Shown: positions 18,742 to 29,067, counted from the first letter of the stretch. The stretch: DNA of 64,000 nucleotides from Planctomycetota bacterium (GCA_965223845.1 CBDCXR010000004.1:4288001-4352000); one strand, 5' to 3'. A program made the numbers and translations. The notes: generated by a model not told the origin, from the sequence alone.

Positions 18742-19097
18742 CCGAACCCGTCGATTCGGGCTGCGACTCTAGCTGCGCCGCAGGGCGGTGGGAAGTTCGA
18801 GCGTTTCTTGAAGCTAGTGTCTCCCAGCTCGTTCGTCGAGAGCTGGGTCCGGTCACGTTTGCGCACCCAAGATGCCGAGTCTCGGCAAAATGACTCTCAC
18901 TCCCCCCTCTCAGCTCCGGGAGCAGCGACACCGCTGTTCAGTCGAGCGAGGCTGAACACAGGGCGTCGGTCCGGCGGAGGCGCCGACTCTCCTGTCTCGT
19001 GAGCGTGCTTCGTTTCCCCTCGAGAATCGTGTTCCATTTGGCAGCCGAGCACGGCGCCGGCAGCTTTGAGGCGGCTCGGGGAGCGAACCCGAATTCG

Positions 19098-21521
19098 TCA
19101 GCGCCTCCGAAACAGATTCGATAGCACGAGCTCGCGAACGAGGCTCCGCAGGCGATAGTCGTCCGCCTCTGCCGCGGCGGCGATCGAACGGAGACGCTCT
19201 CGGTCGTCGACCGTCATCACTCGCCTCAGAGCGTAAGTAGCGAGCTGCTCCAAGAACGCTTCGGCCAAACGACCGTCATCTTCTGAGAGAAGCTGTTTGA
19301 ATTCTTCCGGGCCGGAGAAGCTGCGTCCATCGGGCAGCTTGCCCGACGCGTCGACACGCGGATTCTCGCCAACGCCTCCTTGAACGCGCTCCGTTTCTCG
19401 CCAGCGACCGATCGCGTCGAAGTTCTCGAACGCGAGTCCGAGCGGATCGATCTTCGCGTGACAGGAAACGCAATTGGGAGTCGTCGCGTGCGCCTCGAGC
19501 TGAGAGCGGATCGTCGTCTTCGGCTGATCGGTTTTGACGGGTTCCAACGGTTCGACGTTCGGCGGGGGCGGAGGTGGTGAGCGAGCGAGGATCGCTTCGG
19601 AAAGCCAGGCGCCTCGGTGGACCGGCCGATGGCGAGTTCCATCCGAGGTCAACGACAGGATGGATCCATGAGTCAGTATGCCGCCGCGGCGAGACTCCGG
19701 GCCGAGCTCCACCCGCGAGAGTTTCGACTCTTTCGGAGCTGGGAGACGATAGTGAAGAGCGAGTCTCGAATTGAGCATCGTCCAGTTCGAGTGTGCGATC
19801 TCGCTGAGCGGTAGATTCTTCCTGAACATTTCGGCGAAGTAGGCCGTAGTCTCCATCACCATGCTCTCTTCGAGCCAAGGGTCGTACTTCGGGTAGAGGC
19901 TCGGATCGGGCTGAAACATGCCCACGCGATGGAGCTGGAGCCACTGTTTCGGGAAAGAGTCGAGGAACCGCTCGATCTTCCGGTCCGCGATCATTCGGTC
20001 GAATTCGGCCGCGAGGCTCTCGGAAGAAACGAGCGCCCCCTTTCGCGCCGCAGCGAAGAGCGGCTCGTCCGGCATGGAGCTCCAGAGAAAGAACGAGAGC
20101 CGACTGGCGAGCTCGAAGTCGCTCACGCGTTCACGGTCTTCGCCCGGAGATCCCTCCGCGAGATGAAAGAAGCTGCGAGCGACGAGCATGCTCGAGAGAG
20201 CCGACCGATACGCCGAGCGAAATCCCTCTCCCGCGTCCCGCTCGGCGGCCACGAACCGAACGTAGCGCTCGATCTCATCGTCAGACACCGGTCTGCGCCA
20301 CGCCCGTTCGCCGAATCGACGGAGGGAGGCCAGTACGTCGTTCGGATCCTCCCCGTTCGAAGGGAACAGTCCTCGCCGTTTCGCGCGATCGGCTTCGGTG
20401 GTGAGCGGCCCTTCGATCTCGGCCCAATCGACGAGCAACAAGGGCATCACGGGCCTGCCTTCCTCATCGACGATCTTCGTCCGAAAGGAGTTGTAGCCTC
20501 CTCGAAGGGACGATACGGGGCTCCCGGCGTCGATCCGTTCGTTTCTGAACAGCTTGTAGGCCCCGTTGGGATGCTTCTGTGATCGAGCGTGATTGCGAAT
20601 CGCGTAGCCACCAGCCGGAAACAGCCCTTCGAACACGATCGTTTCGGGAGCATCATCGGAAGTCGTCAAGTCGACCCCGAAGAACGATCTCTTGTGATGC
20701 GTGTGCCACAGCGACAAGCGCGGTACCCGACCGGAGAACGCCCGAAGACCGCACGCGCGGATCCTGATTCGATAGCGCCCCGGTCGGTCGAGGTGAGCGA
20801 AGTTCCACCCTTCACCGAGCTGAAGGAGAAGACGCTTTCCTTCGCCGTGATCCCGCCGGACGGTTTTCGAAGTCGGCTCCGTTTCCGGAAAGGCGAGCTC
20901 GACGACAGCATCCGCGGCGTCTAGGTAGCGTTCGATGTGCGACGGAGCGACGGAGAGAAGAGCGCCGATGCGGTCGAAGCCTCGCCAACGAGGGTCTTCG
21001 CTGAACGCCCCCGGCGCGTCGACGTCGTACACGACGCCGAGAAGGTCGTAGATCGTATGGGCGTACTCCGCGCGGCTGAGACGATAGTGCTCCACCGGAC
21101 CGCGCTTCGCCATAAGGGCTGCCGCCCCTTCGCGAATCCTCGTCGTGAGAACCTCGACGATCCGCCCGATCTCCTCTGCGCTCGGCTGAGGCTCCTTGGG
21201 CGGTGGCATCTCGCCGGCGTTGATGCGAAACACGACCTCGTTCCATTTCTCCGCCACCTGCGCATCCGCGAAATCGACCGCAAGGGTGTCGAGGCGAAAC
21301 CTACCCTTCTGGGTGGTACGCCCGTGGCAACGGACGCAGTGAGATTCGAAGAAGGGACCGAGCGTTTGATCCGCCATCACTTCGCCGGTCGCGATCCTCG
21401 CCGAGGCACAGAAGGATGCGAGGACGAGAGCGGTGCGCAAAGCGGACACCGGCGCGGCGGACCGGAGTGACGCTCGCAGCGAGAACACCATCGCCAGGCT
21501 CTTCGATCCGGGACCCCTCAC
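19098..21521 (-). CDS. DUF1592/DUF1588/DUF1587/DUF1585-type Planctomycete cytochrome c protein
   Basis: CVRCH, EMPP, RLSRAEYAHTIYDLLG, ELASRLSFFLWSSMPD, RGGILTH, PVHRGAW and CVSCHAKIDPLG. GTGA overlap with the upstream stop (alternative ATG 21491). Confidence 0.92.
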   Translation of the reverse strand: MRGPGSKSLAMVFSLRASLRSAAPVSALRTALVLASFCASARIATGEVMADQTLGPFFESHCVRCHGRTTQKGRFRLDTLAVDFADAQVAEKWNEVVFRINAGEMPPPKEPQPSAEEIGRIVEVLTTRIREGAAALMAKRGPVEHYRLSRAEYAHTIYDLLGVVYDVDAPGAFSEDPRWRGFDRIGALLSVAPSHIERYLDAADAVVELAFPETEPTSKTVRRDHGEGKRLLLQLGEGWNFAHLDRPGRYRIRIRACGLRAFSGRVPRLSLWHTHHKRSFFGVDLTTSDDAPETIVFEGLFPAGGYAIRNHARSQKHPNGAYKLFRNERIDAGSPVSSLRGGYNSFRTKIVDEEGRPVMPLLLVDWAEIEGPLTTEADRAKRRGLFPSNGEDPNDVLASLRRFGERAWRRPVSDDEIERYVRFVAAERDAGEGFRSAYRSALSSMLVARSFFHLAEGSPGEDRERVSDFELASRLSFFLWSSMPDEPLFAAARKGALVSSESLAAEFDRMIADRKIERFLDSFPKQWLQLHRVGMFQPDPSLYPKYDPWLEESMVMETTAYFAEMFRKNLPLSEIAHSNWTMLNSRLALHYRLPAPKESKLSRVELGPESRRGGILTHGSILSLTSDGTRHRPVHRGAWLSEAILARSPPPPPPNVEPLEPVKTDQPKTTIRSQLEAHATTPNCVSCHAKIDPLGLAFENFDAIGRWRETERVQGGVGENPRVDASGKLPDGRSFSGPEEFKQLLSEDDGRLAEAFLEQLATYALRRVMTVDDRERLRSIAAAAEADDYRLRSLVRELVLSNLFRRR

Positions 21522-22750
21522 GGCAGAATCATCTTCTTCGAACGCTCGAGGTCTTCGGGAGACATGATCCACTCATCGTGTGCGAGCAGAACGTAGGTCC
21601 AGGGGCCCTTGATTCGGACGATGCGGCCGGGACGAAACCCATCGAGCATCCGCCCGACGTTCAGTCGCACCTGAAATCCGCTGCTCCCGGGCGGCGGGTT
21701 CTCCGATTCTCTCCACTCGAGCAAGTCGCTCGGCGCAGAGTACTCCTGGTGGTAGCTCCAAGTGCGCAAGGTGGTCTCTGCATTGCAGATCTTGATCGTC
21801 CTCTTCTTCATGCGACGGATATCTTCATAGAGCGAGGGGTCCATGCCGCCGAAGAGAGTGACCGTGACCTCACCACCACCGATGTCGTAGTTCTTCACCG
21901 AGTCGACCCAACCGGGCAAGAACCGCGAACGAATGAGGCGGAGGTGTCGCTGGCGCTGAATTTCGGTGAAAGCTGCGAGGCTCGCCTCGTCGAGCCAGAT
22001 GTCGGTTGCGGCGTGACTCCCGAACGGGCCCCATGTCAGATTGAGCTGAATCTCTCGACCGGATTCGAGCTCCTCCATTCCGACGAGCGCGCGGCTCTTC
22101 CAGATCCGAGTGGACGCGTCGATGTTGAACCGCGTCGGCTTGTTGATCCCTCCTTCGATCTCCGGACCGAGGGGCTCGACCGAGAGCTTGAGGAGTTTGG
22201 CCGGTCCCGTGCCCTGCTCGATGCCGACGACCTTCCACGACCGTCCCCGACGGGAATAAAAGCTGACGGCATCTTCGAGCAGGATCGCGTGGTTGTACTT
22301 CGCCGAGGGATTCCGCTTGAGCTGTTCGTCCGAAATTCGCGGAATCGTGTCCTCTTCCCCTTCGAGCGGGAGCAGAAACTGCCCGTGCACGTGCGTGCCG
22401 AGCGGCAGATCACGCACATCGGCGGGGGCTCCGTGGTACCGCACCACCCCGTAGGGAAGCATGGCGAAATAGTGCCGCTGTGCGTTGTCACCCTGCCGAA
22501 TCCCTCCGCGTCGATTCATCGGATCGCTGACGACGAGATCGCCGGCGAGGTGGACCCCCGCTCCGGCGGGAGGAAAGATCCCACGCTTCGGGACGTAGTC
22601 GCGGAGCGCCTCGGTCGAAAGCGCACCGGGCAGTGAATCCGCCTCGCCGGCGACTCCGCTCGACCCGACAACGATCAAGGAGAAGAGGATCGTCGCCGCG
22701 AGCGCGTGGATGCGCTCGGCAAGCTCCGCCGCGGACGTCGACCCGTTCAC
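21518..22750 (-). CDS. Secreted hypothetical protein inside the DUF1552-DUF1592 operon
   Basis: 410-aa ORF coupled by 4-nt overlaps to both neighbours; signal-peptide-like N-terminus. Confidence 0.8.
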   Translation of the reverse strand: MNGSTSAAELAERIHALAATILFSLIVVGSSGVAGEADSLPGALSTEALRDYVPKRGIFPPAGAGVHLAGDLVVSDPMNRRGGIRQGDNAQRHYFAMLPYGVVRYHGAPADVRDLPLGTHVHGQFLLPLEGEEDTIPRISDEQLKRNPSAKYNHAILLEDAVSFYSRRGRSWKVVGIEQGTGPAKLLKLSVEPLGPEIEGGINKPTRFNIDASTRIWKSRALVGMEELESGREIQLNLTWGPFGSHAATDIWLDEASLAAFTEIQRQRHLRLIRSRFLPGWVDSVKNYDIGGGEVTVTLFGGMDPSLYEDIRRMKKRTIKICNAETTLRTWSYHQEYSAPSDLLEWRESENPPPGSSGFQVRLNVGRMLDGFRPGRIVRIKGPWTYVLLAHDEWIMSPEDLERSKKMILP

Positions 22751-24099
22751 GCGAGGATCTCCGAGATCACACCGTTCGAATCGGCAAACCTCTCGGTCGC
22801 TACGCCCATCCTCTGTGCGATGGTGAGCAGGAGATTGCTGAAGTGAGCCTCGGTGTTCACCGGGCTGTGGTAGACGCTCACTCCTTCGCCGTAGCCCTTG
22901 AATCCGCGGACCGTCTGATTGAAATCGACGTGAGCCCCGTGCTTGAGACCGAGACTAGCACCGCCCGCGAGCACGAGCGGTAGACTGGTGGTTCCGTGGC
23001 TGTTTCCGTACGAGAGGCCGCTCCCGTAGAGAGACACCGTCGTCTCGATCAGAGCTTCGTCGCCATCGCGAACGTCGGACAGTCGATCGAGAAAGTACGC
23101 GAACTGCTGTACGTTGAAGACATCGCTGCGCGTAAGCTGCTCGAGCGTGTCCCGATTGCCGTTGTGATGCGAAAGCGAGTGCCGGTCGCGATTGATTCCG
23201 ATTTCCGGTACGGACGGTCCCGTGCCTTCGTTTCCCGTGTTAAAGGTAACGACGCGAGTCACGTCGGTCTCGAACGCGAGCACGATGATGTCGTAGACTG
23301 TTCGCAGGTACTCGCCCAGCCGCTCGAGCGGGACGTCGCGATTGAGCTTCGCGCCGACGCCCGGGTCGATCTTCGGCCTCGGAGTATCGAGCCAGGCTTC
23401 GGCCCTCTTCGCGCGGATCTCGACTTCGCGAACCGAGACCAGATACTGCTCGAGCCGCCCCCGATCGTCCGTTCCGAGCCTCCGAGCGAGAGACTTCGCA
23501 TCGCCCAGAACGAGGTCGAGCACGCTCTTCTTTCGACGGAGCCCCCGGCGCTGGCTCTCGACTCCCCCGCGCGGCTCGGCGAATAGATCCTGGAACACCA
23601 CCGCCGGACTCTTCCGAGCGGGAAGCGAAATGCCGTCAGCGCTCACCGCCAAGGTGTGTCCCTGATTGCTGACTTCGAGCGACGGATACCGAGTTTCCGG
23701 CGCCGTGACCGCCGCGATGAGCTGATCAACCGAGATCGAATTGCGATCCGTTGGGCCGTGCTTCGCCCCGGTGAGCCAGGTCTGAGTCGCACTGTGCGCG
23801 ATGCCGAACGCATTCGGGTGAAAGAGCCCGGAAATCGGGCTGATTCTCGCGCGGTGCTTCTGAAGCGGCGAGAGGATGCGCGAAAGCTCGTAGTCGGATC
23901 CCGCCTTCGGCATCTCGTAGTCATTCGTATTGACGCCGTTCGGCAGGTAGATGAATACGCTGCGGCGCGGCCGAGCGACGCTCGCAGCCGCGCGCAGTGG
24001 GCGCATGCAATCGAGGAACGGGAGGGCCAGTGACACACCGAGCCCACGCAGAAAATGGCGCCGATCGAGGAGCCAGTTCTGAGACAGATAGTTCGCCAT
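22747..24099 (-). CDS. DUF1552 (HXXSHH) family Tat protein
   Basis: LDRRHFLRG twin-arginine signal; FIYLPNG, ISVDQ, HSLSHH, and GNSH..LPLVLAGG motifs. Confidence 0.93.
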   Translation of the reverse strand: MANYLSQNWLLDRRHFLRGLGVSLALPFLDCMRPLRAAASVARPRRSVFIYLPNGVNTNDYEMPKAGSDYELSRILSPLQKHRARISPISGLFHPNAFGIAHSATQTWLTGAKHGPTDRNSISVDQLIAAVTAPETRYPSLEVSNQGHTLAVSADGISLPARKSPAVVFQDLFAEPRGGVESQRRGLRRKKSVLDLVLGDAKSLARRLGTDDRGRLEQYLVSVREVEIRAKRAEAWLDTPRPKIDPGVGAKLNRDVPLERLGEYLRTVYDIIVLAFETDVTRVVTFNTGNEGTGPSVPEIGINRDRHSLSHHNGNRDTLEQLTRSDVFNVQQFAYFLDRLSDVRDGDEALIETTVSLYGSGLSYGNSHGTTSLPLVLAGGASLGLKHGAHVDFNQTVRGFKGYGEGVSVYHSPVNTEAHFSNLLLTIAQRMGVATERFADSNGVISEILA

Positions 24100-24243
24100 G
24101 TGGGGATCCCTCGCGCCTCTGCGTCTCGCCGTTAGGATGCGAATTGCACCGCTCTGGGCACGCTCATCCTACAGAGCGAGCGGTGAAGGGGAAATCGAGC
24201 ACTCCGAGAATCAGGCGTCTCGACTCCGGCGACCCGACCGCGT

Positions 24244-25668
24244 TCACCTCTCCTGAATGTCTCTGAGCCGGGTCTCGCCGGCCGGACGTGTGTGCCGTCG
24301 CATCTCTTCCTGGAAGAGAACCGCCATCCCGCGGAGCTTGCGAACGACTTGGCGATCGAAGACGGGTTTCCGCTCGCCGGGGTCGTTCTTCAAGTGGTAG
24401 AGCGTTGGCGCCGGGTTGAGGAAGAGCTTCCACGGCCCGGACCGAACGGCGGCGAGCGCACCGTGGCTCCCGTGATAGAAGAACGCGTTCTGGTACTCGA
24501 CGCGGTCGACGATCCTCGCCCACTCCCCGGGCGGATTCCACGGACGGCGTAGCGGCAAGCTCGAATTCAGCGAACCGGCCGCGGGGAGAGGAATCGTGTC
24601 GGTCTTTCCCGTGAGAAGATCGCTTAGATCACGACCATCGAGGATTGGACCGGACGGCACCTCGATTCCGGCGAGCGTGGCGAGCGTCGGGTACCAATCC
24701 ATCGCGTTGACCACCGCGTCGCTTTCGTGTCCCGCGCGGATTCCTCGGCCGGGTCCCCAAGCGATGGCCGGAACGCGGATGCCGCCCTCGAACGTCGACA
24801 GCTTTCGCCCTCTGAGCGGCTGCTTCGCGTTCCGGCCCGGACCGCGCCCGTTGTCGGAGGCGTAGACGACGACCGTGTTCTCCGCGAGATTCAGCTCTCC
24901 GAGTCGATCCAAGAGGCGACCGGTGTGGTGATCGAGCTCCTGAATCGCATCGCCGTACTCACCCCACTCGGACGATCCCTTAAACTCACCGCTTACACCA
25001 AGCGGGTTGTGGAGCATGGTGTGCGCGAGGTAAAGAAAGAAACGCCGCTCCTTCTTTTCTTCGATGAAGGCAATCGCTTCGTCCGTGTAGCGACGCGTCA
25101 GCTCAGCCGGATCGGCGGGCCGCTTGACCACGTCGCCGTTTCGGATCAGCGGCACACCACCTTCATCCTTGAAGTAAACGGTCTCGACGTCGTCGAGATT
25201 GTGGAGAAGTCCGAAGTAGTGGTCGAATCCCTGACTTCGCGGAAGGAACGGTTCGCGGAAACCGAGGTGCCACTTCCCGATGCACGCGGTCGCGTAGCCG
25301 TTCGCCCGAAAGAGCTCGGCGAGAGTGAGCTCGTCCGGGTGGATGCCCGTCACCGAGTCGGCGCGATGGACCCAGGTCGCGTTTCCGATCCGGCGCGGGT
25401 AACAGCCCGTGAGAAGTCCCGCGCGGGACGGACTGCAGATCGGCGCCGCCGCGTAGTAGTCGGTGAATCGGATCCCGCTCGCCGCGAGGCCGTCGATGCG
25501 CGGAGTCTTCACCTCGGTCGCGCCGTAGCAGCCGAGATCGTAGTACCCTTGGTCGTCGACGAGGATGAAGATCACGTTCGGTCGATCGTTCGCCGCCGAG
25601 GACGTCGTGAGTAGGAGCACCGCAGCCGGGACGGCGAGCGCGCGCAGCAGTCCGATTCTCTCGTGCAT
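24244..25668 (-). CDS. Arylsulfatase (family S1)
   Basis: RPNVIFILVDDQG, CSPSRAGLLTG, GKWHLG, SDNG and FEGGIRVP. Confidence 0.95.
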   Translation of the reverse strand: MHERIGLLRALAVPAAVLLLTTSSAANDRPNVIFILVDDQGYYDLGCYGATEVKTPRIDGLAASGIRFTDYYAAAPICSPSRAGLLTGCYPRRIGNATWVHRADSVTGIHPDELTLAELFRANGYATACIGKWHLGFREPFLPRSQGFDHYFGLLHNLDDVETVYFKDEGGVPLIRNGDVVKRPADPAELTRRYTDEAIAFIEEKKERRFFLYLAHTMLHNPLGVSGEFKGSSEWGEYGDAIQELDHHTGRLLDRLGELNLAENTVVVYASDNGRGPGRNAKQPLRGRKLSTFEGGIRVPAIAWGPGRGIRAGHESDAVVNAMDWYPTLATLAGIEVPSGPILDGRDLSDLLTGKTDTIPLPAAGSLNSSLPLRRPWNPPGEWARIVDRVEYQNAFFYHGSHGALAAVRSGPWKLFLNPAPTLYHLKNDPGERKPVFDRQVVRKLRGMAVLFQEEMRRHTRPAGETRLRDIQER

Positions 25669-25669
25669 G

Positions 25670-28600
25670 CTATTCGTTCTTTCTCGCGCGCTCGGCGACC
25701 ACGATCGTGCCGCCCGAGTTTTCGAAGTTCGTCCCGACTCCCGCGGCGTCGAAGTCCGACTTCGTGTAGGTTCCCGGTGAGAACTGCAAGCCGTTCACGG
25801 TGAGCCCCGCGACCGTGTAAGTCGTGCGGGGGCCGAGGTTCCATCGGCTGGTTCGATCGACGGTGATCGTCCCGCCCGTCGAGGAGACATCGAAACCGCC
25901 CTCGACGCGCAGGTTGGCTCCGTTCCGAAGCACGATGCTCCCGGTGAGCTGGTAGGCTCGCTCGCTCGTATTCTGTCCGCGAACATGAACGCGGCTTTGT
26001 CCGACTCCGCGGATTCCGTTGCCGTCGATGAGAAGAGACGCCGACCCGCCCTCTTCTCGAAGCGCACCGTCGATCTCGAGTCCGCTCCCCGAATTGTGTG
26101 CCATGACGAAAGTGCCCCCGCCGCTCAGCGTGACGTCCGAACGAATGCCGCCGCCGTGACCCGAGTGATTCACGATTGCCGCATGCTCGAAGACCCCCAC
26201 GTCCCCGCCCCGTAGGACCATCGCGCCAGCACTCGCCCCGGCTCGTGCATGGACGTTCCAAAACCCGTTTTGGTTCCCATCGATCTTGAGCGCAGCCCAG
26301 GTTACGCGATCCGAACCGATGTCGTAGTTGTTGTCCGTGAGGTTCCGGGCTCGAAGCACCGCGATGTCGCTCGGACCGGGCGTTGCATCGCCGTCCCAAT
26401 TGGCCGGGTCCGACAGACGGCTCGTCTCGGCTCCGCGATCCCAGATCACCTCTCGACTCACTACGCTTCCTTTCGGAAGAACCGAGACGGTCGTTTCATC
26501 GTAGCCCGTCATACCGTCGTCATCCGTAACCGTCAGGCGAAAGACGTAGTCGCCGGCATTCAGATCCGCGGCGGCCGCCTCACCCCCAGCGACCGAGCGA
26601 AGCGTCGCTCGCGTCGGCCCGGCGACCTGCTTCCAGTCGTACGCGGCGATCGCTCCGCCGGCGTCGGTGGCCGATCCGGTCAGCGTGACGGACGACTTCG
26701 GTAGTACGACGACCTGATCGGGGCCGGCGTCGGCAACGGGCGGAGCCGGTGGCGGTTCCGGGACCACACGAACGATGACGTCGTCGTGAGCAACGTTTTC
26801 TTCGTCGTCGGTGACGGAGAGGCGGAAGGCATAGATCCCCACGACGAGGTCCGAGGCTCTCAGATCTTCCGTGCGCTCGCCCGACAGCACCGCCGTCGTC
26901 GGACCCGACCGTTGAGTCCAGGCGTAGTCCCGAATCGTTCCGTCGAAGTCGACGGCCGATCCGTCGAGGACGACAAACGATCGCGGCCGAGCGATCTCCT
27001 TGTCGGCACCGGCGTCCACCACCGGAGGGCCGGACGCCGTGAAGACGAAGCCATCCCCGGCTCCGGCGCCGAATTCGAAGCTCGCCTGATCGGCGGAGAC
27101 GACTCTCGTCTCGCCGAACGTGAAGTTGTGGAACTTAAAGTCGGTGATCTGACCGGAGAAGTAGTTCGCTCCAGGAGCACCGAGGTTCCCAACCCCCATC
27201 CCGCCGGGCACACGCAGATTTGTGAATGTGACGTCTCTGATCACTTGCCCGCCGAAGCACTGGAATCCAAACAGGCGGAGGACCGGACCCTCCACTCGGA
27301 TGTCGCGAAACTCGATGCGGCTGATCATCCCCGGGCCCCCGGAGTTCGCGTAGTTGAAGAGGGCCCGATTGACCTGACCGACGCCGTACCAGTTGTCGAA
27401 GTGAATGACGTCGATTCGGCTCACGCGGACGTCGTTCACCGTCTTCGGAAACCAGCCGAACTGAAACACGGCGCCGTTGTTGCTCTGCCACACCACACAG
27501 TTGTCGATGGTCGAACCGCTGTTGTAGATCTTGAAGGCGTCGTCATCGGCGTGAATGAACGCGTTCGCGATGCGACTCTCGTCGCCGGTCGGATTCGGCA
27601 GTCCGTCGTTGTTGTAGGTCCACGCGCCGACCATCTTGAAATTATCGAAGGTGCCGCGCGTACGACGGTCGGCGTCGTTGATGAAAGAGAGAACCCAGTG
27701 CGGAGAGTTCGCGATCGTCACATCCTCGAGAGTGACTTCCTCGACGGCGAGCTGAACCACCTTCACGTGCGCCCACCAGTCGTCGCCCGCTGTGTACGAG
27801 AAGTCCTTCGTGAGGTGCCACGGAAGCTTCGCCCCCGAAATGATTCCGGGTCCGGTGAAGGCGAACTTCGGTCTGAGCGTCTCTCCCCCCCAGTCATCGC
27901 GGTAGACGTGATCGATCGTCGTTCGATCGTAGAAGGGTGACCGGTCCTCCGGGATGACATCGATCGCGCCGTAGAGCAGTGCTCCGCCTTCGAGGTGGAT
28001 GTGCTCGATGTTGTTCGGCACTTGCCAGTAGCCGATGTCGTAGACTCCCGGGGGAAAGACGATGACGCGCTTACCGTCGCAGGCACCGAGTGTACTTCTT
28101 CCCGCACGGAGGCCCGCTCCGCCGCTAACGGAAACGATTTCCTCGTGGCGGCCCGGCGACACCGTGTAGATCTCGTCCGCTGGCACACCAGCGATCGCAC
28201 TCGTCGACTTTCGAAGGTCCACGAACACGAGCATCGCGTCCTTGACGCACGGAATGCCGTGAGGCGGACCGGTGTAGCACGAGCTCTTGATCTCGGTATC
28301 GAATTCGACGGAGATCTTCTGCCCGGGACTCGCCGTGAACTCGACGGTCTCGTTGCCTACGCGATCCCCCGCGATCCCGTGGCGCGCCGGCCGAAGCATG
28401 ACCGAAGCGAATCCGCCCTCGAGCCGGCGGACTCGCACTCTTACCGGACCGGTCGCGGCGAACGTCGTCCAGCTGAAAGTCTTCCCGGCCTCGTCGCGAG
28501 ATCCGCTCCCGGTTTCTCGCGCGGTATCGAAGTTCACGAACGTCGGGCGCCACGCACCGTCGACGAGGACCTGCGCCTCGTATTGCGATGACGCCGTAGC

Positions 28601-28741
28601 GCCGGGAGGCGGCGGGTAGATCGTGACGACGGGTGTGTCGAGCTGTGCCGAGTGGTTCGGTGAACTCGAGCGCGCGAGGACTAGGCACGAAACTCCGATC
28701 GCGACCGCAAACGAAGCGGCGTGGAGACAACTATGAATCAT
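25670..28741 (-). CDS. GH49-like (dextranase/isopullulanase) beta-helix glycosidase with two PKD-like domains and a C-terminal passenger-like region
   Basis: TGPGIISG, WTYNNDG, FIHADDDAFKIYNSG and VVWQSNNGAVFQFGW parallel the GH49 catalytic Asp motifs. Two PPV(V/A)DAG.D...Y.FRL.VTDD repeats. Confidence 0.75.
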   Translation of the reverse strand: MIHSCLHAASFAVAIGVSCLVLARSSSPNHSAQLDTPVVTIYPPPPGATASSQYEAQVLVDGAWRPTFVNFDTARETGSGSRDEAGKTFSWTTFAATGPVRVRVRRLEGGFASVMLRPARHGIAGDRVGNETVEFTASPGQKISVEFDTEIKSSCYTGPPHGIPCVKDAMLVFVDLRKSTSAIAGVPADEIYTVSPGRHEEIVSVSGGAGLRAGRSTLGACDGKRVIVFPPGVYDIGYWQVPNNIEHIHLEGGALLYGAIDVIPEDRSPFYDRTTIDHVYRDDWGGETLRPKFAFTGPGIISGAKLPWHLTKDFSYTAGDDWWAHVKVVQLAVEEVTLEDVTIANSPHWVLSFINDADRRTRGTFDNFKMVGAWTYNNDGLPNPTGDESRIANAFIHADDDAFKIYNSGSTIDNCVVWQSNNGAVFQFGWFPKTVNDVRVSRIDVIHFDNWYGVGQVNRALFNYANSGGPGMISRIEFRDIRVEGPVLRLFGFQCFGGQVIRDVTFTNLRVPGGMGVGNLGAPGANYFSGQITDFKFHNFTFGETRVVSADQASFEFGAGAGDGFVFTASGPPVVDAGADKEIARPRSFVVLDGSAVDFDGTIRDYAWTQRSGPTTAVLSGERTEDLRASDLVVGIYAFRLSVTDDEENVAHDDVIVRVVPEPPPAPPVADAGPDQVVVLPKSSVTLTGSATDAGGAIAAYDWKQVAGPTRATLRSVAGGEAAAADLNAGDYVFRLTVTDDDGMTGYDETTVSVLPKGSVVSREVIWDRGAETSRLSDPANWDGDATPGPSDIAVLRARNLTDNNYDIGSDRVTWAALKIDGNQNGFWNVHARAGASAGAMVLRGGDVGVFEHAAIVNHSGHGGGIRSDVTLSGGGTFVMAHNSGSGLEIDGALREEGGSASLLIDGNGIRGVGQSRVHVRGQNTSERAYQLTGSIVLRNGANLRVEGGFDVSSTGGTITVDRTSRWNLGPRTTYTVAGLTVNGLQFSPGTYTKSDFDAAGVGTNFENSGGTIVVAERARKNE

Positions 28742-29067
28742 GGCGTAGGAGGGTGGCCGTTGGCAACTCGAGATCGGGTTCAGTCGTTCCGGCTTTCTAA
28801 CCCAAGAACGATGCTATCCTCGTGCAGATCCCTTTGCTTCCCCGGACGGTCGGCGGTCGGGCTATGCCGATGATTCACGATGACTCCGTTGACGCACTAA
28901 CGCAACAATCTCTTGTGTTGAACATCCGCCATCCTGGATGCGATTCAAATCGTCGTCGTTGCTATTCGTCAACGCTTCCACTCTGAGTGAGGTTTCGACG
29001 CGAATTCGGAACAACCGAGCACAACGTCGGCTGTCGTCTAAACCATGGCTGCCTGAAACCTTTCCCG

